The position numbers were made by a program, and so were the translations under genes. DNA of 64,000 nucleotides from Patescibacteria group bacterium (GTDB taxonomy: Bacteria > Patescibacteriota > Patescibacteriia > 2-12-FULL-60-25), in NCBI GenBank assembly GCA_018063105.1, contig JAGOQX010000001.1, forward strand, positions 8,551-72,550. Reading direction: 5' to 3'. Numbering within the stretch: position 1 is the first letter of the stretch; each line of letters begins with the position of its first letter. Below the pieces are notes generated by a model. The model worked only from the letters and a program-made list of their open reading frames with translations, was not told where the DNA came from and did no database searches. This document shows positions 17,482-27,690 of the stretch, piece by piece.

Positions 17482-18381
17482 ATGACTACGGCTCTATCCA
17501 TAGACAATAGCGAGCAATTCGAGGCCTGTCCTCTTTGTGACTGCAAAGACCTCTATTTGGTTGGCACAATTTCCTATTCAGAGCCGCTCATCTTCGCGAC
17601 CACGCCTATCACGTTATCGCATAAACCGAGTTATCACCGTTGTCAGCAGTGCGGAAGCGGAATCGTTCAACAGACAATTCCCGAAGAAACCATGCGGACA
17701 TTGTATCAAGAGACCGAAGGGAACCGATGGTCCGCACCACCATTTACCCAAGAAAAGACACTTTCCCTTCGACGTGCATTCGATCGATTGCTAAAAACGG
17801 GGACGCGTCTGCTTGATATCGGCTGCAGCTCGGGTGAGTTATTGGATTATGCCGTTGATCGAGGCGCCGTCGTTGCGGGCGTTGAGCCGTCTACCTACTG
17901 TCGTCAGGAGTGCGAAACGAAGGGTCACCACGTCTATCGATCGATTGATGACATTCCCGATGACGTTACGTTTGACAGTATTACCGCGTTCGATCTCATC
18001 GAGCATCTACACGAACCCAAACATTTTCTTCAGAAGTGCTCGTCTCTGCTCCGTCCAAACGGGAGTCTTCTTATTCTGACAGGAAACCCAAACTGTCTTT
18101 CAGCTCGCCTAGCCAATCAACGGTGGTGGTACATCGGTTACCCTGAGCATGTCTTTTTTCCAACAAAAAAATCATTACAGCATCTCGCAGATTTTACGTT
18201 GGATTTCTACAATCCTGTCTATAATTCTCAAGCGTACCAAACACGATCTTGCTCGCAGTGGAATATTCAGGGTGCACGCAATGTGAAAGACACGGCGATT
18301 CGCTTACGCAAACAGAACTATACAGGCCTGCCACTTCTCGGTCCTGATCACGCACTCGTTCATCTCATGAAACGCATATGA
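17482..18381 (+). CDS. Class I SAM-dependent methyltransferase with N-terminal zinc ribbon
   Basis: ATG at 17482; the ORF track begins at a TTG at 17470. CPLCDC...CQQCGS. Motif I LLDIGCSSGELLD and LLRPNGSLLILTG. Confidence 0.7.
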   Translation: MTTALSIDNSEQFEACPLCDCKDLYLVGTISYSEPLIFATTPITLSHKPSYHRCQQCGSGIVQQTIPEETMRTLYQETEGNRWSAPPFTQEKTLSLRRAFDRLLKTGTRLLDIGCSSGELLDYAVDRGAVVAGVEPSTYCRQECETKGHHVYRSIDDIPDDVTFDSITAFDLIEHLHEPKHFLQKCSSLLRPNGSLLILTGNPNCLSARLANQRWWYIGYPEHVFFPTKKSLQHLADFTLDFYNPVYNSQAYQTRSCSQWNIQGARNVKDTAIRLRKQNYTGLPLLGPDHALVHLMKRI

Positions 18382-19160
18382 AACATATAATCCAACACTT
18401 TCTTTCCTTTGTCACTCGCTGTCTGTTAGGCATTCTGCGCGGTTTTGAAATACTGCGTCATAAAATCCTGCGAATACTTCGTACGATTGATATCTACCTA
18501 TCCGGGGAAGAGTGCCTCACACTCCGTGATTGCGCACTTCTCGTAAAACTTTGTGAACGTCAACCGCCCGGATCAGATCGATTTCTCGAATATCCCTGGA
18601 TGATTGAACACATCCCTCAACGAACACAACACCTATTAGACGTCGGTTCAACGATTGCTCCCATGCTGCGTGATTTGCTCCCTCAAACAATCAACATCTC
18701 GGCCATAGATTTTTCCGACAGAAAACAACCGTGCTCGGCCATACAGTACGTTCATGGCGATATCCGTCAGACGTCGTTTCACGATACGACGTTCGATTGT
18801 ATTACCTGTATTTCGACACTCGAACACATTGGTGTCGCTGGACGCTATGGCTGCGACAACGATCCGGATGGCGATCTGAAGGCGATGGTTGAGATGCACA
18901 GAATTCTACAACCAAACGGTACACTCCTTCTTACTGTTCCCTACGGAATTCGAGACGTCCTACCTATTAACAAGCTATACACTGAAGCCCGTTTACAGGC
19001 GTTGTTCGAAAACCGTTTTACAGTTACATCAATCACCTACAAAAAGTTCTCAACAAAATGGAAATACTGGTTCAGCGTGAGCGAGCAGGAAGCGGCAAAA
19101 ACAGATATGCTTCAAGATCGTTGGTATGCCATAGCGCTTATTGAACTCCAACGCGTATGA
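18378..19160 (+). CDS. DUF268-like SAM-dependent methyltransferase-fold protein
   Basis: 260-aa ORF. LLDVGST, then ISTLEHIGVAGRYGCDNDPDGDLKAMVEMHRILQPNGTLLLTVPYG, which resembles the DUF268 signature. ATGA overlap with the upstream gene. Confidence 0.55.
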   Translation: MKHIIQHFLSFVTRCLLGILRGFEILRHKILRILRTIDIYLSGEECLTLRDCALLVKLCERQPPGSDRFLEYPWMIEHIPQRTQHLLDVGSTIAPMLRDLLPQTINISAIDFSDRKQPCSAIQYVHGDIRQTSFHDTTFDCITCISTLEHIGVAGRYGCDNDPDGDLKAMVEMHRILQPNGTLLLTVPYGIRDVLPINKLYTEARLQALFENRFTVTSITYKKFSTKWKYWFSVSEQEAAKTDMLQDRWYAIALIELQRV

Positions 19161-20026
19161 TCGCCCCCGCGTTTTTCACACTTCCAAAACCATTTGCTAA
19201 CGATCACATTGCGGTGATTCAGTACAACGCGATTAAAAGCTGGACTATTTCTAATCCACAAAGCGACATTTTTTTAATTGGAGATGAAATCGGCGTCAAA
19301 GAAATTTCAGATGAGCTACGCGTTCAGCATCTGCCGTTCGTTCAACGGAATCAATTCGGGACCCCCCTCATTAACTCTGCACTCCATATCGCAGGTTCGC
19401 GCACGAACGCACCCGATCTTGTCTATATCAATACCGATATCATATTGATTGATCATTTTTCAACTCTCCGATCAACATTACCACTCGATTCCTTCCTCCT
19501 CATTGGACAACGAACCGATCTCGACGTATCAGAACCACTGACTTTTCGTCCGGGATGGGAATCACAACTCATGGATCAAGTCTCAAAAATCGGCAAACTG
19601 CATTCAAAATCCGGCATTGACTATTTCATGTTTCAAAAGGAAATCTGGAACGATCTCCCCCCTTTTGCCGTAGGTCGTGCCGGTTGGGACAACGGGTTCA
19701 TCTTTCTCGCAAGATCAAGGAACATCCCCGTCATCGACGCGACAACATTTGTTCGTGCCGTCCACCAAAACCATTCTCACACGTCGCAGCAAATTCAGAA
19801 CGGGGATTGGCACGGTCCCGAGCGAGACGAAAACATTCGTCTCAGCGGTGGATCAAAATCCCTCATGACCATTGCCGACGCGCTGTATCGTATCGACGGC
19901 TCCTCTCTGATAAAAAACCGCCTCTCATTTAACTTCATACAGAAATTCCTTTTTAAGGCACCGAGCATCCTCATTAAACATACTGTAGCTAAAAAAGCAT
20001 TGCCGTTGCACAGGAGTGCATCGTAA
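19157..20026 (+). CDS. Hypothetical protein (possibly a GT-A-like transferase)
   Basis: 289-aa ORF, ATGA-coupled to its neighbours. Only weak cues: INTDII (DXD-like) and GRAGWDNGF. I do not recognise a family. Confidence 0.5.
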   Translation: MIAPAFFTLPKPFANDHIAVIQYNAIKSWTISNPQSDIFLIGDEIGVKEISDELRVQHLPFVQRNQFGTPLINSALHIAGSRTNAPDLVYINTDIILIDHFSTLRSTLPLDSFLLIGQRTDLDVSEPLTFRPGWESQLMDQVSKIGKLHSKSGIDYFMFQKEIWNDLPPFAVGRAGWDNGFIFLARSRNIPVIDATTFVRAVHQNHSHTSQQIQNGDWHGPERDENIRLSGGSKSLMTIADALYRIDGSSLIKNRLSFNFIQKFLFKAPSILIKHTVAKKALPLHRSAS

Positions 20027-20053
20027 AAAATTCCGTTGCAATACACAACAGTT

Positions 20054-21172
20054 ATGCGATTCCTCGTCTACAACGCCGATTACAAAAGCTTCATGAACTC
20101 CGTGTATCTTCACCATCCGGAGCTTGCCTCACGATCCTTCAAGGAGCAATTGGATTACCGGTATTCAAGTCTGTTTGGCTATTCTGATGCCTATTCGTAT
20201 CATCTCAAACAACTTGGACATGAGGCGATCGATCTCTATGTCAATCACCGCTTCCTCCAACAGCAATGGGCCAGAGAACACGGCATTCGTTTCCGTTCAG
20301 AGACGCGAATCAACCTTCCGCTGATCAAACGCCTTCCGTTTATCCGATCCAACTGGTTCAAAAAAATCCTTCTTGCTCAGGTTGAGTGGTACAAACCGCA
20401 CATTTTCTATACGATGGCAATGGATGGCGTTGGAGGAAGATTGATGTCCGAAATAAAAAAGAACTATCATTGCCGTATCGTAGGACAACACGCGGCGACA
20501 TTCCCAAAGTCCATGGATCATCTTTCCGCCTACGATTTGGTATTCTCATCACTCCCGAATCAAGTTGAACATTTTCGAAAAATGGGAGTACGAAGCGAGT
20601 ACCTTCCCCTATTATTCGATGAACGCGTCCTTACACGGATCTCACGTGACGATCATTCACGATACGATGTTGTACACGTCGGAGGATACGGTCCCATCCA
20701 TACCGAACGAAACCGCATTCTCGAAGAAATTTCTGCCAAAATACCCGTATCGTGCTGGGGATATGGAACGAATCACTTATCCGCTCACAGTCCGATCCTG
20801 CAACACTATCAAGGAGAAGCCTGGGGCATCGATCGATTCAATATTATTGCAAACTCCAAGATAACAATAACGAAGCACATTACTTCTGTCGCCAATGGAT
20901 ATGCAAACAATATGACATTGTTTGAAGCCACGGGTTGTGGATCGATGCTGCTCTGTGACGAAAAGCGAAACATCGGTGAATTATTTGAACCCGGCAAAGA
21001 AATCATTACCTACAAAAATGCCGACGATGCTGTCGACAAAATCCACTATTATCTGAACCACGAAGACGAGCGAGCTCAGATCGCAAAAGCCGGACAGGCC
21101 AGAACGCTGCGTGATCACAACGGCACGGTACGAATGCGACAAATGCTCGAAAAGATTCAATATCTCATCTAG
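20054..21172 (+). CDS. CgeB-family / Glyco_trans_1_2-type glycosyltransferase
   Basis: ATG at 20054; the track ORF begins at a TTG at 20036. C-terminal ATGCGSMLLCDE...EIITYKNADDAVDKIHYYLNHEDERAQIAKAGQARTLRDH is typical of CgeB-like (DUF3880 + GT1_2) proteins. Confidence 0.65.
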   Translation: MRFLVYNADYKSFMNSVYLHHPELASRSFKEQLDYRYSSLFGYSDAYSYHLKQLGHEAIDLYVNHRFLQQQWAREHGIRFRSETRINLPLIKRLPFIRSNWFKKILLAQVEWYKPHIFYTMAMDGVGGRLMSEIKKNYHCRIVGQHAATFPKSMDHLSAYDLVFSSLPNQVEHFRKMGVRSEYLPLLFDERVLTRISRDDHSRYDVVHVGGYGPIHTERNRILEEISAKIPVSCWGYGTNHLSAHSPILQHYQGEAWGIDRFNIIANSKITITKHITSVANGYANNMTLFEATGCGSMLLCDEKRNIGELFEPGKEIITYKNADDAVDKIHYYLNHEDERAQIAKAGQARTLRDHNGTVRMRQMLEKIQYLI

Positions 21173-21183
21173 ACACTCGACGT

Positions 21184-22014
21184 ATGTCAATACAACATAG
21201 GGTCCAACATTTCCTCGATACACCGATAGGACAGATTCCAAAAAAACTTTTGGCAACGTTTTTTCCGAATTGGCTCCGTGACCCATTCCAAAAACTCAAG
21301 AGACTTCCAAGATTTACAACCGGTGAAACGGTTTTATTTTCAAAAAAAATCACCATCGCTGACGGACCGTCATTTGTATCGATGTATAAAGAGTTATTTG
21401 AACATGAGATCTATAAATTCTCTTCAAACACCGATCATCCCGTCATCATCGATTGCGGAGCGAATATCGGCCTAAGCGTCATATATTTTAAACGACTTTT
21501 CCCGGAAGCAAAGATTACGTGCTTTGAACCGGACCCGAGGATATTTAAAATATTGCAATCCAATATCGCTGCGTTCGGCCTCCGAGAGATTCATGCCGAG
21601 CAAAAGGCCGTTTTCAACAAAGAAATAGATCTTCAATTCTATGCCCAAGGTGGCGACGGTGGACGATTGGCGAATAGTTCTGAAAATAACAAAACTATTA
21701 TCGTTTCGGCTGTCCGTCTACGCGAATACCTACACGAAAAAATTGATTTCTTGAAAATTGACATCGAGGGAGCCGAAGCAGAAGTTATCGAAGACTGCGC
21801 TGATCTGCTAGCCAATGTTGATAATCTATTCGTCGAATTTCATTCATTCGACGGCCAAGAGCAACATCTCGACACGATCTTACGTGCCATACACAACGCG
21901 GGGATGCGCTACTATATTCATCCGATCGGGATTCAATCTGCTCACCCCTTTTATGAAAAAAAGACCTACGAGGGATCGGATATGCAGCTCAACATTTTCG
22001 CTTGCAGGAAATAA
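21184..22014 (+). CDS. FkbM-family methyltransferase
   Basis: 276-aa ORF. VIIDCGANIGLSVIYF and DFLKIDIEGAEAEV are signatures of the FkbM family. Confidence 0.8.
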   Translation: MSIQHRVQHFLDTPIGQIPKKLLATFFPNWLRDPFQKLKRLPRFTTGETVLFSKKITIADGPSFVSMYKELFEHEIYKFSSNTDHPVIIDCGANIGLSVIYFKRLFPEAKITCFEPDPRIFKILQSNIAAFGLREIHAEQKAVFNKEIDLQFYAQGGDGGRLANSSENNKTIIVSAVRLREYLHEKIDFLKIDIEGAEAEVIEDCADLLANVDNLFVEFHSFDGQEQHLDTILRAIHNAGMRYYIHPIGIQSAHPFYEKKTYEGSDMQLNIFACRK

Positions 22015-22859
22015 TGCGCACTTACCATAACATATATATGATAGGACTCAGACGCGCAGTATCAAAGATGGGTATTTCTCAAAAAGTCAAAAAGACTATT
22101 TTTTGGTGCAAAGAAGCGCCGAGAAACATCTTGAGTGCATTCCTTCCATCGGCGTACGTCCTTCTCTACCACCGCGTAGCAGATGTCACGGATGATCCAC
22201 ACCTTCTGGCTGTACGCAAAAAACATTTTGAAGATCATATTCGGTATCTCACGGAAAAAGGGCACGTCATCTCACTCAACCAACTCGTCCAGGACATCAA
22301 GAACCACTCCGTACGTGATAAAAGCGTTGTTGTTACATTTGACGATGGGTATGCCGATAACTTTTACAATGCCTATCCGATCCTCAAAAAGTACAACGCG
22401 CCTTTTACCGTATTCGTCTCCGCCCTTCCTATGTTAAACCAAGAAACTTTTCCTTGGGATGCAGGGACTGACGACGCATCGAGAGGTCGACCAATGACGA
22501 AAGATGAACTATTGCAACTCGCGCAAGACCCTCTTGTCTCTATCGAATCACATACACTCAGTCATCCTCGCCTCATTCAGTTAGCGGACGACGAACAATT
22601 CAAAGAGCTGTCCGAAAGTCGACGGCTTATTTCGACGATCTTACAAAAAGACATTCTCGGTCTCTCCTATCCATTTGGTTCACCTTGGGATTTCGACCGC
22701 CGGACGGTCGCCCAAGCAAAAAAAACCGGTTACACCTTTGCCTGCGCGAATTATCCCGGACACGTCACACAAGCGGTCGATCTGTATCGGATCCCGCGAT
22801 ACCTCGTGCGGGATTGGCCGATTGAAATCGCAATAGAAAAATGGCGAGGCCTTCTATGA
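22002..22859 (+). CDS. Polysaccharide deacetylase (CE4 family)
   Basis: 285-aa ORF. VVVTFDDGYADNFYNAYPILKKYNAPFTVFV (TFDDG motif) and ESHTLSHPRL (His motif). Start codon is uncertain. Confidence 0.8.
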   Translation: MQEIMRTYHNIYMIGLRRAVSKMGISQKVKKTIFWCKEAPRNILSAFLPSAYVLLYHRVADVTDDPHLLAVRKKHFEDHIRYLTEKGHVISLNQLVQDIKNHSVRDKSVVVTFDDGYADNFYNAYPILKKYNAPFTVFVSALPMLNQETFPWDAGTDDASRGRPMTKDELLQLAQDPLVSIESHTLSHPRLIQLADDEQFKELSESRRLISTILQKDILGLSYPFGSPWDFDRRTVAQAKKTGYTFACANYPGHVTQAVDLYRIPRYLVRDWPIEIAIEKWRGLL

Positions 22860-24067
22860 ACGTCCTCCAAATAAACACCGTTGATTGTAAAGGCGGTGCC
22901 GCGAAAGTAGCCACGGAGCTTCAACGTCAACTCCACGCTGACGGACACGGATCCTATTTTCTGGTTGGCTCCAGAGGCGATTTCAAGAATCCCTATACCG
23001 ATTCCATTCCGATCAATCGATTTTCGCGTTCTCTGAATTATCGCCTCCATACAAACGACACCATCTTCCGCACAGCATCCATCGTATCAAAACATCCCTG
23101 GTTTACATCTGCGGACGTTGTGCATTTTCACAACATTCATGGAGGCTATTTTAATTTGGAAGCATTCCCGTATTTAACACACCTCAAACCATCCGTCTGG
23201 ACTCTCCATGATCCATGGATCGTTCATGAATTCGGACTTACGCCTGAATATAACCCGATTTTCAAACGCATCAGTTCGTTTTTCACAACAAAAAAACAGC
23301 GTTTAATCAAACAAAACAACGCAATTCTCATCTCCCCATCAAGATGGCTCAGTGAAAAAGTTTTGTCCTGTTATCCGGACGCTGACGTTCGCGTTATACC
23401 CAATGGAATTGATACGACGATTTTTCACCATTCAGATAAACAGGCTTGTCGCAAAACTCTCGATCTGCCACTTGATAAGCACCTTGTTCTTTTTGTTGCC
23501 TACGAAGGATCGAAACACCCGACAAAAGGGTGGGAGTATACTGAGGCCCTATGCAGATCATCTCACATACCGGACGATGTTCTATTCGTCTCCATTGGAG
23601 ACAGGAATAATGGTAACCGCCTCACGCAAGATCATCGCGTCATACACATCCCATTCATTGATAATCCCAACATCCTCGCTCAATATTATTCTGCGTGTGA
23701 CACTTTTCTTTTTCCGTCACTTGCCGACAATCTCCCGCTCGTCGCTCTTGAAGCAATGTCGTGTGGTCTTCCAGTTATCAGCTTTGACACTGGAGGGATG
23801 AAGGAGATTATTGATCACAACATGAATGGGTATCTCGTGATGTATAAAAATAGCGACGAGCTCCTTCGAACAGTTCAACAGGTCATTGCAATGCCAAACG
23901 ATGAACGACAAAACGTATCGAATAACGCCATCAAAAAAATCCAGCAACACTTTACACTCAAGAGAATGGTTCAATCCTATTCAGACATATACGAAGAAGC
24001 CATCAAAAAACACGCGATTCTGAATTCAATCAATCGCTCTCAGCGAGCGTTCCTTCATAAAAAATAA
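22856..24067 (+). CDS. GT4-family glycosyltransferase
   Basis: Start set at the ATG at 22856, an ATGA overlap. MNVLQINTVDCKGGAAKVA N-terminus. FPSLADNLPLVALEAMSCGLPVISFDTGGMKEII. Confidence 0.85.
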   Translation: MNVLQINTVDCKGGAAKVATELQRQLHADGHGSYFLVGSRGDFKNPYTDSIPINRFSRSLNYRLHTNDTIFRTASIVSKHPWFTSADVVHFHNIHGGYFNLEAFPYLTHLKPSVWTLHDPWIVHEFGLTPEYNPIFKRISSFFTTKKQRLIKQNNAILISPSRWLSEKVLSCYPDADVRVIPNGIDTTIFHHSDKQACRKTLDLPLDKHLVLFVAYEGSKHPTKGWEYTEALCRSSHIPDDVLFVSIGDRNNGNRLTQDHRVIHIPFIDNPNILAQYYSACDTFLFPSLADNLPLVALEAMSCGLPVISFDTGGMKEIIDHNMNGYLVMYKNSDELLRTVQQVIAMPNDERQNVSNNAIKKIQQHFTLKRMVQSYSDIYEEAIKKHAILNSINRSQRAFLHKK

Positions 24068-24074
24068 CAGCCAT

Positions 24075-24995
24075 ATGGTCATCTCAAAAATCATTGGCGG
24101 TCTTGGAAATCAGATGTTCCAGTACGCCATGGGGCGAGCAGTCGCTGAACGCAATCAAGACGAACTCGTTCTCGATAACCGCTCGTTCAACACGTACTTC
24201 CGGAAATACTCGCTGGATCAGTTCTGTATTCAAGGAACAAAAATCACCGATAAAGAAGCCACCACTCTCAAAAAATACGAATGGAATCATTCTCCGTTTC
24301 TGTTTCTTGAAAATCAAAAGCCCATCCCCCGACGAGCCTTCCGGCGCGAGAATCCACGAGACTATTTTCAGTACGTTGCCGACTATCAAACGGGAACGAA
24401 CAAGCCATTCATTTATCTTGACGGCTATTGGCAAAACGAGGGCTATTTCAAGAGCATTCGTGAAATTCTTCTGAATGAATTCACCCTCAAACCGGAATAC
24501 GCCATCAAGGACGAGCAGTTATTAAAAGACTTGGCACAACCCGATACCGTTTCTCTGCATATCCGACGCGGCGATTACCTATCAAGTAAGGCTACCGCGT
24601 ATGGCGTATTGCCTGCATCCTACTATCAAACCGGCCTTGACACGATCACGAACCGTATTCGTCATCAGCCTACGGCGGTCTATATCTTCACAGATGATCC
24701 GACTTGGGTCATTCGCCATCTTCATCTCGACCTTCCGATGCACATCGTCTCGCAAGAAATCGAATTAACGGATAGCCAGGAACTGGTCGCTATGTCTCTA
24801 TGCCATCACCAAATCATTGCCAACAGCACCTTCAGCTGGTGGGCGGCGTGGCTGAATACACATTCCACAAAACAGATTGTCGCTCCATTCACCTGGATAC
24901 AAAACGACAACTACTCTACCTGGAAAAAAGGACCGGTTCCCGACGAATGGGAACGCGTTGAAAACGAATTGGTCCACGCACCTAATCCGATGTAA
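24075..24995 (+). CDS. GT11-family alpha-1,2-fucosyltransferase-like glycosyltransferase
   Basis: 306-aa ORF. GGLGNQMFQYAMGRAVA, SLHIRRGDY and ANSTFSWWAAWL are the three GT11 motifs. Confidence 0.85.
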   Translation: MVISKIIGGLGNQMFQYAMGRAVAERNQDELVLDNRSFNTYFRKYSLDQFCIQGTKITDKEATTLKKYEWNHSPFLFLENQKPIPRRAFRRENPRDYFQYVADYQTGTNKPFIYLDGYWQNEGYFKSIREILLNEFTLKPEYAIKDEQLLKDLAQPDTVSLHIRRGDYLSSKATAYGVLPASYYQTGLDTITNRIRHQPTAVYIFTDDPTWVIRHLHLDLPMHIVSQEIELTDSQELVAMSLCHHQIIANSTFSWWAAWLNTHSTKQIVAPFTWIQNDNYSTWKKGPVPDEWERVENELVHAPNPM

Positions 24996-25004
24996 ACTGG
25001 CCCC

Positions 25005-25967
25005 ATGACCCCTCACGTCAGTGTCGTCATGGCCGTGCGGAACGGACACAAGACACTTAAAGAAGCACTCGACAGCATTCTGGAACAAACCTTCCAGGAT
25101 TTCGAGTTCATCATTATTGATGACGCATCTGACGATGCAACGGGTGCGATTCTTCGACAACGGAACGACCCTCGAATCATCCGAATACGCAACAACACAA
25201 ATCTCGGACTTGCCGCATCGCTCAACGAAGGAATTCGACGCGCAAAGGGAGAGTACATCGCCAGAATGGACGGAGACGATGTTGCCCCTCCGAATCGTTT
25301 TGCAATCCAAGTCGCTTTTTTGGACGCGCATCCTGCCATCGGAATTCTCGGATCAAGCGCACGACTCATTGGGAAGACTGGCCAACGAAAGGGTCGATAC
25401 ACAGCCATGCCAACGCATACGCTGATCAAATGGCGTTCGCTCTTTGGTTCACCGATGATCCATCCGTCGATCATGGCGCGTCGTTCAATCCTCCTCGCAA
25501 ATCCCTACGACGAAACCTATCGAAACTCACAGGATTTTGAACTCTGGAGTCGTTTACTATTCGGGTCAACCGTTCAATTCGCGAACCTCAAAAAACCGCT
25601 TCTCTTGTATCGCGTCCATCAAGATTCAACTTCCTCAAAACGAACGGTCGAACAAAAAGAATTGAGCATGCAAACCATGTTCAACAACATGGCACGGTAT
25701 ACAGACCTTTCTGATCAAGAAGTACAAGCACTTCGGACAATCCGTCTCGGAGAACAGATCACCGGTCGCATAGAAAAGATCATCTTCGGTCTGTATCGTC
25801 GTCTCGCAACTTCCTTCATCTCTCGTGAACCGGTGACGTTCAAAGAACGATTCGCAATCTATCGATTTCTCATTCAATCAAAGTGGTTCATCTGGAAAAC
25901 TCGAATCCGTTCAATGCTTAACCTCGCAGAACTGCTCCCCGTTCATAATCGCACGACCAAGAAATAA
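25005..25967 (+). CDS. GT2-family glycosyltransferase
   Basis: 320-aa ORF. VSVVMAVRNGHKTLKEALDSILEQTFQDFEFIIIDDASDD and ARMDGDD. Confidence 0.85.
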   Translation: MTPHVSVVMAVRNGHKTLKEALDSILEQTFQDFEFIIIDDASDDATGAILRQRNDPRIIRIRNNTNLGLAASLNEGIRRAKGEYIARMDGDDVAPPNRFAIQVAFLDAHPAIGILGSSARLIGKTGQRKGRYTAMPTHTLIKWRSLFGSPMIHPSIMARRSILLANPYDETYRNSQDFELWSRLLFGSTVQFANLKKPLLLYRVHQDSTSSKRTVEQKELSMQTMFNNMARYTDLSDQEVQALRTIRLGEQITGRIEKIIFGLYRRLATSFISREPVTFKERFAIYRFLIQSKWFIWKTRIRSMLNLAELLPVHNRTTKK

Positions 25968-27689
25968 CAACGCATATGCCAACGATGGATATTCTGTCAT
26001 AATTCGTTCAGCTCCATACGACCGCATCGTCACAGGCAATAATTTTCGTTCATCAAGGTATTGGATTGATGCACGCGTCACCTCTCGCAATGCGGGAGTA
26101 GATTGAAACCAGTTTCCAGGCAAACCAAATCCTGCTTTTTTTCGATACACCAACTCCGTCGGCAAATAATCCGCAAGGATCCCTTTTAAAAACGATTTCA
26201 AGACGCCACCCTTCAGATGCTCTGATTCGAATTCCGATGCACTCGCAATAACATCCTGATCCAGTAACGGTACACGTCCTTCGATAGACGCGTATGACGT
26301 TGCAAGATCAATCTTGCGAAGTAAATCGTTCTCTAAATATGCAACGAAATCAAAATCGATCGGTCGAACTCCAGTGCCTGCTAGATACGCTTTCGCAACG
26401 CTCCATGACGAAACCGGACACAGACTTCCGGCCGGTGAAAGTTGTGATAGATAAAATGACACCGGCCTTCGCATGATCTTCATGCATGTCATTATGAGAC
26501 GTTGCGTCCAAGCTCCTCTCGGCGGAGATAAAAACAAACGATCCAACGCTCCGATTTTCGCATCAAGCACCGACATGCCGGACAATGGAATATGCCGATG
26601 ATATCCACGAAATAGCTCATCTCCTCCTTCGCCCGACAATACAACTTTCACATCACGAGACGCACGTTCGGCCAAGAAAAACGTTGGGAAAATGGAACTA
26701 TCAAAAATAGGTTCATCAATACGACACAGGACGCGTTCCAACACCCGCTCTAGTTCAGCTGATCCAAAATCGATGACCGTACAGTCTAACTTCAAACGTT
26801 CATTAATTGCACGAAAATATTTTTCATCGCGTTGGTCATTCGGGAATCGTACGCTATACGTTCGAAGATGCTTGTTATTTGAATGAAGAACAGCTGCGAT
26901 CAACGAACTGTCCGTCCCGCCTGAAAAAAAGACACCAACCGGCACATCTGAAACAAGATGCGACAGAATTGAACGCTCCAAAAGCCCCTTAAACGCCTCA
27001 CGTGATTGTATTTGTTCGGAGACAAATGAGGCCTGTTCATTTCGAATCACCTGTTTCGCCTGAAGATCAAACTCCAATACATGACCGGGCTCAAGCATGA
27101 ATACATCCTCATACAACGTTTGTGGCGTCGGTATATACCCCAATGCCAAATACAATTCTATCGCAGAACGGTCAAGAGATGGTACTAGCTTTTCCTTTGC
27201 GAGTAATTGAAGCACTCCTTTTACTTCTGATGCAAAAAATATTCTACCATCACGCACGGAATAATACAGCGGTTTTATTCCTGCTCGATCCCGAAAAAGA
27301 AAAACCTTTTGTGCATCACAATCTTCGATCGCAAAAGCAAACATTCCATGAAGATGTTCCGTCAACTTTGTCCCCCACTCGCGATATGCAGCCAAAATCA
27401 CCTCAGTGTCCGATTCTGTTCGAAACGGATGGTGCAATTCCAGTTGACCTCTAATTTCGCGATAATTATAAATCTCACCATTAAACGTAATGCGAAGTCG
27501 CCCCGTTACATCCTCCATCGGTTGCGCAGACCTCTGATCAACGTCAATAATCGAGAGACGGGCATGGCCAAGCGTCACCAATCCGTCGGACGATATCCCT
27601 TCACCATCCGGACCACGATAGGCAATCAACCGCAACGCAGAACGAACTGCTTCCGGTGAGTCACCCGTGCAACCAACGATTCCGCACAT
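25911..27689 (-). CDS. Asparagine synthase (glutamine-hydrolysing)-like amidotransferase, paralog 1
   Basis: Start trimmed to MCGIVGC, because the Ntn Cys must be residue 2. 592 aa. SGGTDSS PP-loop. The 3' end overlaps the convergent GT2 gene by 57 nt. Confidence 0.85.
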   Translation of the reverse strand: MCGIVGCTGDSPEAVRSALRLIAYRGPDGEGISSDGLVTLGHARLSIIDVDQRSAQPMEDVTGRLRITFNGEIYNYREIRGQLELHHPFRTESDTEVILAAYREWGTKLTEHLHGMFAFAIEDCDAQKVFLFRDRAGIKPLYYSVRDGRIFFASEVKGVLQLLAKEKLVPSLDRSAIELYLALGYIPTPQTLYEDVFMLEPGHVLEFDLQAKQVIRNEQASFVSEQIQSREAFKGLLERSILSHLVSDVPVGVFFSGGTDSSLIAAVLHSNNKHLRTYSVRFPNDQRDEKYFRAINERLKLDCTVIDFGSAELERVLERVLCRIDEPIFDSSIFPTFFLAERASRDVKVVLSGEGGDELFRGYHRHIPLSGMSVLDAKIGALDRLFLSPPRGAWTQRLIMTCMKIMRRPVSFYLSQLSPAGSLCPVSSWSVAKAYLAGTGVRPIDFDFVAYLENDLLRKIDLATSYASIEGRVPLLDQDVIASASEFESEHLKGGVLKSFLKGILADYLPTELVYRKKAGFGLPGNWFQSTPALREVTRASIQYLDERKLLPVTMRSYGAERIMTEYPSLAYALLFLGRAIMNGEQFCEVKH

Positions 27690-27690
27690 A

